A stretch of DNA of 64,000 nucleotides from Glaucostegus cemiculus (Eukaryota): positions 620,001-684,000 of the forward strand of contig CDPCPM010000369.1 of the NCBI GenBank assembly GCA_976551045.1, read 5' to 3'. Every line of letters starts with the position of its first letter. Position 1 is the stretch's first letter. Positions 38,093 to 51,485 of this stretch are shown here, one piece after another. The translations under genes and the position numbers were made by a program. The notes under the pieces are model-generated. The model was not told the DNA's origin. It ran no database searches and worked only from the letters and a program-made list of their open reading frames with translations.

Positions 38093-38750
38093 CTGAAGAG
38101 ATTTAAAATTCAGTTAAACATGTGTTAGAAAAGAGCATTTTAAAGGATGGGAGGGAGGTAGGGAGATGCAGCCAGCCGTCAGTGCACTCACCTTCAACTC
38201 TTTACAGCTGGTGTTACTTGCTGGTAAGAAATAGTTAGTAATTTTAAAAAATCTCTTTGATAATTTCAGTTTTAAAAAAATATTTTTGTTACAGAAGTCT
38301 TTATTGGACCCCTTGGTTAGAAGATTAATCCAATGGCAACAACCATTAATTACATTCTCATTTAAATGTGTTTAAACTAGTTTTTAATTGCAACTGAAAC
38401 TGCTTGTTACAGTATCAGTAATAACATATTTTGAAACAAAGTCCTTTTCACATTTGCAGAATTTATACGTGCCTTTGGTTTGGAAGGAGTGTGACAGAAC
38501 TAAGTTTCCCTATCTGTGAAGTTGGGTGAAAGTTGTGTCATTGAAACAAAATATTACTTTGATAGTTAGGGAGTGTCTGTGTAATCTGTTAACACCCACA
38601 CTCCTGCATCAAGAAGTTAGTAAGCAGTTAGCAATTCTTGTCTCAAAGTATATAAGAATCACAGATTTTGCTTCATTTATTTGAGAAATAAAGAGCTTTG
38701 GGTCTGAGGGATTATTTTGTTAACATATTCCAAAGGCAGGATGATATAAT

Positions 38751-39496
38751 GGTCCACTAACATTACGGCCCTCATGAAGAAAGCTCAGAAACGCCTCTAC
38801 TTCCTGCGGAGACTGAGGAAAGCGAACCCCCATCCCTCCGTCATGAAAACCTTCTATGGGGGACCATTGAGAGCATCCTAACTCAATGTATCACTGTTTG
38901 GTTTGGAAGCTGCTCAGCTGCTGGGCGGAAGTCCCTCCAGAAGATAGTTAAGGCTGCGGAGTGGATCATAGGTGTCTCGCTTCCATCCCTCGCAGACATA
39001 TACAAAGACCGTTGTGTGAGGAAGACCAAAAGCATAATGGCCGACCCTTCTCACCCCTCCCACCACCTCTTCACAATTTTGCCATCAGGGAGGAGGCTTA
39101 AATGTATCAGGGCAAGAACGACCAGGCTGAACAATAGCTTCTTTCCGCAAGCCATCAGAACTGCAAACTCTCTCATCCCTCCATCTTCCTTTGTTAACAC
39201 TAAGAGATGCTAGGTGCACAGAAATGCACCAGCACTTTAAATGCCCGACACCAGCCCGTTCACTTTACTAACTATTTATTTACCGGCCATTTTTAATTTA
39301 ATCTGCATATTAATTTAATTTTAACTTCCGTAGTTTTTAATGTTTAATGTTTTTTCATGTTTATTCTGCCAAGTGTGTATGTGTCTCTCTGTTGGTTGTT
39401 ATTTTATGGGACGAGCACCTGAGGAGGAGGGTATCTCGCTCCTGTGCATACTATGTATGTATATGGTTGTGACAATAAAACTGATTCTGATTCTGA
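38751..39496 (+). mobile_element. Young Rex1/Babar LINE, 5'-truncated
   Basis: Near-identical to 50111-50872; RARTTRLNNSFFPQAIR; (TTCTGA)n tail. Confidence 0.95.
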
Positions 39497-40137
39497 TAAT
39501 TGGTAAATTGATACATTTCAAAAAATTGTCTGGAGCAAGCTTGTGTTTTAGGGCCACAGAGGTAAATAAATTACCTTGAATTAAATTACCAGGAAAAGGA
39601 AGGGAAAATTAAGGATTCAGTACGTGGCTAGCCACTAGTTTGAATATTGTACACAGATCTGAGTATTCCATCATGGAAAGGACATTAGATCTTTGGAGAC
39701 CGTGCGATGATGGTGACTTAGGTGGTGAGAGGATAGAGTTATGATGAGAAATTTAGTAAACTTGGGTTGAATTGAATGGAGTGGAAAGCATTAAGGAGAA
39801 TTTAATAGAGAGGTTTAAAGATTTGAATTGGTTGAAGAGGGAACTAGAGAGGTAATATTACCACTACTCAATAATGGCTACAGGTCATAATTTAGGATAT
39901 GTTCTAGATGGTTTAAGGGGAGGCAGAGGTTTATTTGAATTAAAAAGCATTGTAAATGGCTATTGATTGTGAAGCAATGGCAGCATTTAACAGTGAATTA
40001 GATAGATACATAAAAAAGGAAATATTAAAATCCACAGTGAAGAGAGTGAAATGGCAATGGAGTAGTTAGATGGGGAACTGGCACTTCTACAGACACCATG
40101 ACTCTACCAGGAAATGATTTCCACAAAGGATGTAAAA

Positions 40138-40213
40138 ATGAGTGGTGAAGGGGTCGACCCATGAGTGGTGAAGGGGTCGACCCATGAGTGGTGAAGGGGT
40201 TGACCCATGAGTG
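40138..40213. repeat. 23-bp tandem repeat, about 3.3 copies
   Basis: atgagtggtgaaggggtcgaccc repeated, with one C>T change. Confidence 0.95.
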
Positions 40214-43200
40214 CAAAGTAACAGAGACAAAGAGCAGAGAACAGAGGACGATAGTTCTATGTTTCAATTATTCTATGAGATTAGAGAATGGGCAGGGGAG
40301 GGGTGGTTGGTGAACGAGGTAGTTACCATGATGAAAGGGAGATAGAAGGAAATGTACCTGGATGCAGCATAAAGTGCAGGCATAAACCCAACTCATATCG
40401 AAGAAGGAGTAAAAGGTGTCACCCACTATCAACCAGGCATCGTGTATGTTCAAGAATATATGTGTTGGAGAGGCAGCAATTCTACATATGTGACTGACAT
40501 TAAACCAGTACATCTCTGCAAATTTCTGCATGTATGAGAGAATCAATGCAACATGAAATGCAGCTAACAGTAGCTTATATCACCAGTTACAAGATACTGT
40601 AGCACTAATATCCCTCATGGCCCTGCATATAGGCTGCTACACAGAGTGCAGCTTAAACAAAGTGAAGATCGAGCAGAATCCAGGAATCAGGAATTTGGTG
40701 GGAATTGGTAAAGGACCGATCTCATTGCAATTTTTAGTTTTGAAGTTAGAATTTAACTTAATTTTAATGTAAATGCTTTTACAACGTTAATCCAGACTAA
40801 ACAGGGTGCTTGCCAGTTAACAGTTGACAGAGGATTAAGGAGTCAGATGTAACTGATTACCTGAATAAGTAGTAATTATTGTCAACAGAAGCTGAGACAT
40901 TGCTTGGGGAATTTGAGAGAGCTTGAAGGTGGCCTTATATAAGTGAATAAATCTCGCTGACGCACAGTGGTTGCTCTTGTAAGAGTACATTTTACAATAG
41001 AGAACATTCTATAATAATCTGTATTATGATAAAGTGCATTTTAAAATAGGGTGTGTTTTACAATGGAGAACCAAAGGCTGTGCTGTTTACCCAGTGAGGA
41101 CGTGAAGCACGAATCTCGGGTCAGGAGGTGGGGAGGGCTGAACCCACTTCTTCTGCTCAGTGTAGGAACCATTGAACTAAGGAAGATGTTCAGCAGGGAA
41201 AGGACAAGCGGTTAGGGTATCAATTAGCATATAAAATCACCTCTGGATCACTACTGAGGCCACATGTACATTGGCATAGGGTCAGGTAGATCAGACAGTT
41301 GTTTCCGGGTGGTGTGGGAGAAACTGAAGTTGGGAAAGGGGAAACTGTTCTGTGGAACAGATTGTACTTGTATCCCTGCAATCACTAGTGTCCTCACAAA
41401 TTGAATAATCAGGGCTGTTGATAGCTCTTAAACTGAATAAAACCTTATCCAGGGCTCAAGTTTTGGGAAATTTAGAAATTTAAAGACAAAGGAATAGTGC
41501 AGGTGGTAATATGATTAACAATAGGGTCAGTGTGCATATGGAATAGTGTAACAGTAAATATCATCAAAGTGGGAAGTCGACATTAATGTTTCTTTATATG
41601 AATTCACTAAATATTCATAATAACATCAATGGATTAGTTATACTGGTGGTGATAAATGAGTTTGATCTAATGTCCATTGTAGAGACCTGGTTACAAGGAG
41701 ACCAAGGCTGGGAATTGAATATTCGGGTACTCAACCTTTCAGAATGATGGGGAGAATGCAGAGAGTGGAGGGGTTGGCTCCTCAACAAAAGATGACATTA
41801 GGTCAGCAATGAGAAGGAAACTTGGCCTAGAAGATCAAGGAAGTAGCATTAGTCTGATGAGATGAGGAACAACAAGGAGTGGAGGTCGTAGGTGGTATAG
41901 ATTGTAGGCCACCCAACAGTGCTAACTGTCAGGTAGAATATCAACTGAGAAATAACAGATATTTTATGTTACATTTGCGAAGCGAAGCATGATTAATCAG
42001 TAATTTCATAGTAAACAATCCTCATGAAGAGTGGCCATAATACAATAAAATTTCACCTTCGGTTTGAGAGTTAAGTTTGACAAACTTGAGTTTGAATCTG
42101 GAGTCTTAAATTGAAAGAGTTGGTGTTACATTGGCAGGAGAGGTATGCTGGATAAAATAGTCTGGGAAATTAGATCACAGTTACAAAGTATGACAGTGGA
42201 TAGCTACATCAAACATTAATATTTCAGAATTATCAACAAATTATATATTTTATAATGAGAAAAGACTTTAGGAAAAGTAATCCAACTATGACAAACTATA
42301 TAAATAAATTAAAGAAGGTATATAAAGTTGCAAAGATTAGAGGTAGGTTTGAGATTGGTATGACTAAAATATTAATAAGTATAAGGGTTAAAGCAGAATA
42401 AGAGCACACACTAACAAAAAAATATAAAACAGATTGCTAAGGCTTCCATAGAACATTGAACATAGACAATATTCACTGGGGTCCTATACAATGGAAGCAA
42501 GTCAATGCTACTTTTACATAGGACAAAGAACATAGAACATTACCACATAGAAACAGGCCTTTCAGCCCACAATGTTGTGCTGAACTAATTAAGCTAATGA
42601 CAACTAATTTAACTAATCCCTTCTGCCTGCACATGGTCCATATCCCTCCATTCTCTGCATATTTAGGTGCCTCTCTAAGAGCCCCTTAAATGCCTCTATC
42701 GTATCTGCCTCCACCACCACCCCTGGCAGCGCATTCCAGGCACCCACCATTCTGTGTAAAAGACTTGCCCTATATAGCTTCATTGAACTTACCCACTCTC
42801 ATCTTAAATGCATGCCCTGCTGTATTAGACATTTTGACCCTGGGAAAAAGTACTGGCTGTCTACTTTATCTATGCCTCTCATAGCATGTAAGGAACAGTG
42901 TAACAAAAATTAAAATTGATCTTATAAAGCATTGAAGGGAGAACTATTGATGGGAGGTTAATAAAAAATGGCAGCAATATTAAATGAATATTTCATATCT
43001 GTCTTCACAGTAGAAGACACCATAAACTCTGCAATATACCAGTGAACCATGGGGCCAATGAAAATGAAGAATTTAGGACAATTCATATCATGAGAAGAGG
43101 AATTCCAGACAAACTAATGGATCTAGAATTCCCAGAATCCTCTGGAGCTACCTTCCAGGATTCTGGAAGATTTAGGCTACTTTTAGGCTACAGAGATAGT

Positions 43201-43269
43201 GAATGTTTTCATTGTCATCTTCCAAAAGTCACCAGATTCTGAAAAGTTTCCAACAATCAGTCAGAGTCA

Positions 43270-44016
43270 GTCAGAGAGAGAGAAGAGAGAGAGACAGCAG
43301 CCTGCTAGTCTCTATCAATGGATGAAAAACAGTAACTGCATCTGTCACTACAATCCACGTATGGATTTTTGGAGTAATCGGGGTGGCAGATGCTTAGGAA
43401 CAAAGAAGTGGATTTCACTTTGCTGTTGATCTGTAGCAGGAAACAGGTATTTCTGTGGACGGTCACGATTTGAATAGACACTGAGGTATCATTTGAGTTC
43501 CAGCGTGTAACATTCGAGAGCCTTTCAGGGTGAGGAAGATGTGGTGGAGTAGTCACTGCTGAGTAGACACTGAGGTGTCATTTTGGGTTCCATAGAGGAA
43601 CATTTGGATTTCGTAATTACTCTCTATGTTCTCTCTACATCGACGTTTCATCTTCAGTCAACGGTGGTTGTTGAAGAAGCCTTTTCTCATGTTTCACCTT
43701 ACGGCTTGCTTAACTGNNNNNNNNNNNNNNNNNNNNNNNNNNNNNNNNNNNNNNNNNNNNNNNNNNNNNNNNNNNNNNNNNNNNNNNNNNNNNNNNNNNN
43801 NNNNNNNNNNNNNNNNNNNNNNNNNNNNNNNNNNNNNNNNNNNNNNNNNNNNNNNNNNNNNNNNNNNNGGGGTTAATGTTTAAGATTTAACATATTTACT
43901 TCTAACATTCTAACATTTTTACTTTTATTTTTCTTATCATCGTAAGTAGTTATTAATAAAGAGTTTTAACACTGATACATGATTCGGTGTGTTTCTTTTG
44001 TTGCTGGTTCATAACA
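43270..44016 (+). mobile_element. Probable LTR (solo or partial) spanning the gap
   Basis: Ends AATAAA...ttgctggttcataACA (LTR-like CA end); internal repeat tagacactgaggt(a/g)tcattt at ~43475 and ~43564; interrupts a CR1. Confidence 0.5.
43717..43868. other. Assembly gap (N run)
   Basis: 152 N characters. Confidence 1.
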
Positions 44017-44129
44017 GAGTCACCATGTATAACCAAAGTATAGGGTTTTTTGATGACACATAAAGGGGAGCCAGTGGCTGTAATGTTGTTGGATTTCTCA
44101 AAGGCATTTGATAAGGTACCACAATGATA

Positions 44130-45310
44130 CAGCACAGCAACATTTGAATTAAAAGCAGGAGTAGGACACTCAGGCCCTCAAGCCCACTCCACAATTTAAT
44201 GAGATCATGACTGATCAACTTGTAACCACAACTCCACGGTCCCCTCTGCCTGTGGTAACCTGTCACCCCTTGCCTAGCTACCTCTGCCTTAAAAACATTC
44301 AAGACTCCACTTCCACCACCACTTGAGGAAGAGTTTTCCAATGGCCCCTGAGACAAAAAAAATGATCTCTAGGCAACCACCTATTTTTAATCATTGAGTC
44401 CTAGTTCTAAACTATCCCATGAGGAAATGTCCTCACAACATAGAGTCATAGAGTCATACAGCATGGAAACAGGCCCTTCGCCAAACTCGTCCATGCTGAC
44501 TGTTCCCATCTGACCACGTTTGGCCCATAACCCTCTAAACCTCTCCTATCCAGATGGCTTTTAAATGTTGCTAATGTGCCCACCTCAACCACTAATTCTG
44601 GCAGCTCATTCCAAATATGTACCACCCTTTGTGTGAAGAAGTTGCCCATAATGTACCTTTTAAATCTCTCAACTCTGATCTTAAACCTCTGCTCCCTTGT
44701 TTCTATTGCCCCCTCCCTAAGAAAAAACCCTGTCTATACCTCTCATGATCTTATACACCTCTATCAGGTCACCCCTCAATCTCCTACGCTCGAGGGAATA
44801 AGTCCTAGTCTATGCAACCTCTCCTTGTAACTCAGGCCCCCAAGTCCAGGCAACATCCTGGTAAATCTTTTCTGCACTCTTTCTGGTTTGATAACATCTT
44901 TCCTATAACAGGGTGACCAAAACGGCACACAATACTCCAAATGCAGCCTTGCCAGCGTTTTATATAACTGCTACATAATTTCCCAATTCCTAGATTCAAT
45001 GCCCTAACGAAGGCCAGCATGTCAAATGCCTTCTTTGCCACCTTATCTACCTGTGATGCTGGTTTCAGTGAACTATCGCACTTGCACTCCTTGGTCCCTC
45101 TGTTCCATAATAATCCTAGGGCCCCACAGTTCACTATACCTGTCCTACCCTGGTAAAATGCAATACCTCACATTTATCTGGATTGAAGGACATTTGCCAA
45201 TCCTCAGCCCACACACCAAGTTGATCAAGATTCCCCTGTAATTTTTCATAACCTTCCACACTAACTACAACACCACCTATTTTAGTATCATCCGCAAACT
45301 TACTAACCAT
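44130..45310 (-). mobile_element. Two CR1 3' fragments (44130-44435 and 44440-45310)
   Basis: MVSKFADDTKIGGVV...WQMSFNPDKCEVLHF; GNFFTQRVVHIWNELP; catagagtcatagagtcatac terminus. Confidence 0.9.
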
Positions 45311-45624
45311 TGTGCATTCATATCCTTGCACGTGCCTTGTACATCCACCTTGACAAGATCGTAAATGTTTCAATTGTCCCCTCTCTTTTAAGTTTTGGTT
45401 GGAATGAAATCAGAAAATACTGGAAATGTTTAGCAGATCAGGCAGCAAGTGCGGAAAGTGAAAAGAGTTAATGTTTTGGGTTGCTTTGGCAGAACTGGGG
45501 GACAAAAGTAATAAAGTGTGTGTGTGGCAGCGGTGGATCTGACAGAGAATATCTCTGATCAGGTGAGGCACTGGCTGACATAGGGGTTAGTTGTAGAGGT
45601 CATCTGGTCGATGGTTTAAGGTAA

Positions 45625-46025
45625 CATAAGATAATATATATTTATTAGTCACATGTACATCAAGACACACAGTGAAATACAACTTTGCGTAGAATGTTCT
45701 GGGAGCAGCCCGCAAGTGTCGCCACACTTCTGGCGCCAACGTAGCATGCCCACAACTTCCTATCCCGTACGTCTTTGGAATGTGGGAGGAAACTGGAACA
45801 CCCAGAGGGAATATGTACATAGAGGGATATGTGGGAGGAAGGGGTTAGATAGTCTTAGGTGTGGTTTGAAGGTCAGCACAACATGGTGGGCTGAAGGGCC
45901 TGTATTGTGCTGTATTGTTCTATGGTTCTATGGTTCTAGGGAAACCCATGCAGACATGGGGAGAATGCACAAACTCCTTACAGACTGTAACAGTGTTATG
46001 CTAACCACCACACTACTGTGCCTGC
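45625..46025 (-). mobile_element. V-SINE (Rex-like tail) interrupted by a short CR1 tail at 45812-45937
   Basis: Antisense head, V domain and tail; insert flanked by direct repeat AGGGAA (45806-45811 and 45938-45943). Confidence 0.88.
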
Positions 46026-46865
46026 TTGGTTAGTGGGCCTGTTAGAGAGAATGCTAGGAGATGAGGGCGGTTAAAGGGTAAGAATACAAAATGCAGGATT
46101 GAGGGACATGTTCTGGAGGTCAGACTATGCTAGTGGAGAGAAATAAACTGAGCTAATATCACAGATGGATGACATACAGCAGACATGGCTAGTTCTGATA
46201 TAGAGAGAAAAAGCAAGTCATTTGGAATTGTAGAATTTTATATTGAGAATAAGGCAGGAGTCTGCAGGAACTCAGTGACCAAGAATGTAGTTGATTTGTC
46301 AAGAGCAATAAGTGCTGCCAAAATTATATCTATGTAAGCTATCCTTGAGTCATTAAGTTTGTAGCAGATAGAGCTTTCTTACCTTTGGGCATTACTAAGG
46401 GCAGTAAGCTACATCTTCGAGGAGCCATCATGTCACAGTACAATGGCTGAACAAGGCTGGAGAACAAAGTCATGGCAGCTTCCAGGAAAACTGCACCAAT
46501 ACATTGGGATGACTCCAAAACTGCATGCTCACACAACTAAACTCCTTCCGATTTTGGTGACTCAAGGACTTCAATACCACACAAGTTGCATCAGTGACAC
46601 CCTTCATAACTTCTCATCCCACCAGAGTAAGGTCCTTAAAGTGCATACTTTAGAATGGAGTAAACAGATTTCCTCCATACTGACCTATCACCAAGGAATG
46701 TTTGGGATCAACTGATGAGAGGCTTGGTAAACACAAGAGGGAGAGAGGAATAGAAGGAGATGGAGAGGGGTGGGAGGACATTGTTGTGTAGCAAGAATAG
46801 TATAGAGCAGGGGGGCTGTATTCTCTGTTTAATTTTTTTGTGGGAGAAGAATGTGAATAGTGGGG

Positions 46866-47172
46866 GCAGGCACAGTAGTGTTGCGATTAGCATAACGCTT
46901 TACAGTGCCAGCGACCTGTGTTCAATCTGGCCGCTGTCTGTAACGAGTTTGTACATTCTCCCCATGACTGTGTGGGTTTCCCCCGGGTGCTCCAGTTTCC
47001 TCCCACATTCCAAAGACATACAGGTTAGGAAGTTGTGGGCATGCTATGTTGGCACTGGAAGCGTGGTGACATTTGCGGGCTGCCCCCAGAATACTCTACA
47101 CAAAAGATGCTGGGTGTTTCGATGTACATGTGACTAACAAAGATATCTTATTTTATGTTATCTTATCTTATC
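46866..47172 (+). mobile_element. V-SINE with Rex-like tail
   Basis: Same structure as 30015; ends in (TCTTA)n. Confidence 0.9.
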
Positions 47173-48199
47173 TGGATTTCCTAATTTTACCTGTGCTGTT
47201 GGAGTGGGAGAAAGTGGAACTGGAACAACAAATGTCATCTCCTAGGAAGAGGGATGAAGTAAAAGATACACTTCCTCACTTTCTGTACATCTGGCAGAGC
47301 AACTCCGCGCTCTCTTCTGTTAGGAATCGTGCAATGGGGAGACTTAGTCGACAAGAATATTCATCAGAAAGGGGAAGTATCACTCATGTTTGAACTCTTA
47401 GATGCAGACCAGATGGCAGAGAGGTGATGAAGAGAATTTGCAACATTAACCTGGCTGATCTCCCAATCTCCCAGTATAAAATGACACCAGCACCTCTGGC
47501 ATTCTGCCACCATCACACTTATGCAGATGAATGCACGTTCAAATTAGATCCTTTCTTTAAAAAAAAAGAGATGATCTAATTTCTTTGAAATGCAAAGTTA
47601 TGTTAAAGCTTCTTTCATGGAAATGGCTGTCACTGAACTGATGGTTTTTATGGATTATGGTTTCAGATAATTAATGAAGATGTCAAACTACACCTGGTCT
47701 GTATGTGGCAGGTTACTGATTGAAAGACTCCTGGTTAGTAGTGAACGTATTTTAACCACTTCTCAACCAATCAGCAGAAGCTGAATGAAAACCATGGCTC
47801 CCAAGCAGACCAAAGGTATAAAGCTTAGACTAGGCAAGGTCATGAAACCAAAAAATGCAGGCCTGGGGGAAAGAACAGAGGAGTGGAACTGATTGGAACC
47901 AGTATGCTGAGCTGGGCCAGAAGGTTCCTGCCATAATTCCACTGATCTAAATAAGAACATTTGGGTTTTGCTGAAAAGGGCATAAACCTGTCAGCTTGAG
48001 GAGGGTGAGCTGAGGAGATGAGGAAAATCCTATGATTGCTCACCCTGGAAAAAGGAAGATTCAGGTAGAGATGACTGGTGGATTTAAATGAGCTGAGAAT
48101 ATTTAAGAAAGAATTTGATGACTGTTGAAGGGAGTGGGAGATTTAAAAAGCTAAATTTTTGGGGAAAAGTTCTGAATGGCTCTTTTTTCTTACTGATTA

Positions 48200-48460
48200 G
48201 TGGGATGTGGACATTTCTTGCCTTTATTGTCCATCACTAATTGCCCTTGAACTGAGAAGGTCGGTAAGGGTCAATGGTTCGCATAGGCCTCAGTCACGTA
48301 ATGATGGTTCAGGTAGAGATGGCAGTTTCCCTCTGCTGAAGCTGGTAGTTTCATGGTTAACATTACTGAGATTGGTTTTGATATCATTACTTGAATTTTT
48401 AAATGCCATGGTGGGATTCAAACTTGTGTCTCTGGATCAATAGCCCAGTAACTTAAACCA
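48200..48460 (-). mobile_element. Old tRNA-derived SINE sharing a tail with the L2/Crack-like LINE
   Basis: tttattgtccatcactaattgcccttga tail (compare 50957-50990 and 7505) and a gtgggattcaaac B-box-like head. Confidence 0.5.
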
Positions 48461-48554
48461 TTAATGTACTGTACCCCCTGATCCTGTGGTGTGGCAGAAA
48501 GCACATTTCTAACAAAAGATGGATAATGGATTGGGAGCAAGAGTGGAAATAGAC

Positions 48555-48925
48555 ATAGATAGAACATAGAACAGTACAGCACAACACAGGCCCTTCGGCC
48601 CACAATGTTGTGCCAACTTTTAAACTCTCCTAAGACTATGTAACCCCTTCCTCCCACACATCCCTCTATTTTAATTTTAAATTGCTCCATAAGCTTATCT
48701 AGTAACCTCTTGAATTTGGCCAATGTACTTGCCTCCACCACCACCCCAGGCAGTGCATTCCATGCCTCAACTGCGCTCTGGGTCAAAAGCCTTCCTCTGC
48801 TATCTCCCTTGAACTTCCCACCCATTACTTTAAAGCCATGCCCTCTTGTGTTTAGCATTGGTGCCCTGGGAAAGAGGCACTGGCTGTCTACTCTATCTAT
48901 TCCTCTTAATATTTTGTACATCTCT
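48555..48925 (-). mobile_element. CR1 3' end
   Basis: YKILRGIDRVDSQCLFP...NTRGHGFKV...WNALPGVVVEA. Confidence 0.92.
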
Positions 48926-49734
48926 GACCTTGAATCTCCCACATAGCTCTATGCTATGTTCCTATCTGGGTAAGGAGTTGCACTGGACTGTCTGAAACCA
49001 GAATGAGTTAAACATAAATCCTATCACAGAACACGGCAATAAAGCATGCAGGTTTAAAGCCTGGTAATATTCATCTCACAGGAACTGGGCTGCACTCAAT
49101 CTCCAATTGAAGTGCACTTTATTTCTGAACACTTTGTTCTGTAAATCACCCATCCTTTGAACTGCAGCGTATAAATATGCTGTTGAATTAATATCTCATT
49201 TCACCAGGTATTGTGGAGCAAATGAAGACAATGACTACCAGAGACTGAGTTGCTCCTCTGTGCTCACTGGGCTTTCTTGCAATGATTAGGCTGGGTTAAA
49301 GCTCCAAGCCATTTATTGAACCTCATACCAGTGTGGTAGTGCAGCACTTAGTGGTCCAAATCCTGGTTTGAGGGAGGGCACATAATGGAAATTTTCACCT
49401 CTCCTAGGGACCAGAATTTCTGGTTAAATGTCAAATGAATTACAGCCTAGAAGCAGCTTGTTCAGCACAACTGCTCCAAACTGACGATCCTGCTCCATAC
49501 AAACCTCTTCCTACCTTCCTCTCCATCTTCCGCATCACCATATTCTCCTATTCCTCACCCCATTGCATGTTTATCCAGCTTCCCCTTAAACCCGACTCTG
49601 TTCTTCACCTCCACTACTCCCGAAGGGAACACCCTCTCCCCAATTCCTATTGGATTAATTACTGTCTGCCTGATTGTTATTGCTACTGCTTTTGGTTCCC
49701 CCCACATGGAAATCCAAGCGGCCTTGTTTTTTAG

Positions 49735-50872
49735 TTCACCTCAAGCACCATCACACTGAGCACTGGCTCCCCACAGGGTTGTGTGCTCAGTCCGCTCCTG
49801 TTCACCTTGTTGACTCACGACTGTGAGGCCAGATTCAGCTCCAACCGCATTGTTAAATTTGCCGATGACACGACAGTGGTGGGTCTTGTCACGAATGACG
49901 ATGAGTCGGACTACAGAGAGGAGGTGAAACAACTAGCCGTGTGGTGCCATGACAACAACCTCTCCTTGAATGTGGATAAAACCAAGGAGATGATAGTGGA
50001 TTTTAGGAGGGGTCACCGTGTGCACGCCCCGCTGACTATCAACGGGTCTGCAGTGGAACAAGTACGCAGCACCAAGTTCCTGGGGGTGCACATCACTGAC
50101 GACCTGACCTGGTCCACTAACATTATGGCCCTCACGAAGAAAGCTCAGAAACGCCTCTACTTCCTGCAGAGACTGAGGAAAGCGTACCCCATCCCTCCGT
50201 CATGAAAACCTTCTATAGGGGGACCATTGAGAGCATCCTAACTCAATGTATCACTGTTTGATTTGGAAGCTGCTCAGCTGCTGGGTGGAAGTCCCTCCAG
50301 AAGATAGTTAGGGCTGTGGAGTGGATCATAGGTGTCTCGCTTCCATCCCTCGCAGACATATACAAAGACCGTTGTGTGAGGAAGACCAAAAGCATAATGG
50401 CCGACCCTTCTCACCCCTCCCACCACCTCTTCACAATTTTGCCATCAGGGAGGAGGCTTAAATGTATCAGGGCAAGAACGACCAGGCTGAACAATAGCTT
50501 CTTTCCGCAAGCCATCAGAACTGCAAACTCTCTCATCCCTCCATCTTCCTTTGTTAACACTAAGAGATGCTAGGTGCACAGAAATGCACCAGCACTTTAA
50601 ATGCCCGACACCAGCAAGTTCACTTTAATAACTATTTATTTATTTACCGGCCATTTTTAATTTAATCTGCGTACTAATTTAATTTTAACTTCCGTAGCTT
50701 TTAACGTCTAATGTTTTGTAATGTTTATTCTGTCAAGTGTGTATGTGTGTCTCTGTTGGTTGTTATGTTATTTTATGGGACGAGCACCTGAGGAGGACGG
50801 TATCTCGCTCCTATGCATACTATGTATGTATATGGTTGTGACAATAAAAACTGATTCTAATTCTGATTCTGA
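49735..50872 (+). mobile_element. Young Rex1/Babar LINE, RT to 3' end
   Basis: TGSPQGCVLSPLLFTLLTHDC...IVKFADDTTVVGLV...LNVDKTKEMIVDFRR; 1-bp deletion near 50187 and a premature TGA at 50259 relative to the 38751 copy. Confidence 0.96.
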
Positions 50873-51254
50873 CTCCCAGATTTGAGAGCCTGAGCCACAG
50901 TCCTTAATGATTTTCCTCACTTATTCTCAGGACGTGGGCATAGCCAGAAAGGACAGCATTTATTGCCTGTCCCTTATTGCCTTTTGAGAAGCTGGTGATG
51001 ACCTGCCTACTTGAACTACTGCATTCTTTCAGATGAAGTGCTGCTGGATAGTGACACTAGGAGTTAGACCCAGCAACGGTAGAGTTATTGGCCTTTGTAA
51101 ATTGCCACCTGTGTGTAGGTGAGTGGTATATCTGGGAGAAATGATGGGGATGTGGGGCAAATGAAAGGATTAATATAGGATTAATGTAAATTAATGTTTG
51201 TGGTTGATGGTTGGCACAGACTCAATGGTTTAGCTTTTTCTAAAAACTTTAGGG

Positions 51255-51485
51255 CAACCTTTTGTTTTACACAGAGGGTGGTATGTATCTAGAATGAGCT
51301 GCCAGAGGAAGTGGTTGAGGCAGGTACACTAACATTTTTAAAAGACAGTTAGACAGGTACATGGATCGGAAGGGTTTGGAGGGATATGAGCCAAACACAG
51401 GCAAAGTGGGACTAGCTTGGATGGGGATCTTGGTCGGCATGGACCATTTGGGCTGAGGGGCCTGTCTTCGTGTTTGACTCTGTGA
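51255..51485 (+). mobile_element. CR1 3' end fragment
   Basis: acacagagggtggt...gagctgccagaggaagtggttgaggcagg...gggctgaggggcctgt. Confidence 0.88.

Larger units (their letters stand above)
41560..44127 (+). mobile_element. Old CR1 ORF2 (endonuclease to RT) with a nested CR1 3' end (42525-42885, minus) and an LTR-like insert
   Basis: gtagagacctggttaca (ETWL), gccacccaacagt (PPNS), aatgaatatttcatatctgtcttcac (NEYFISVFT), ttggatttctcaaaggcatttgataaggtacca (LDFSKAFDKVP). Confidence 0.8.
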
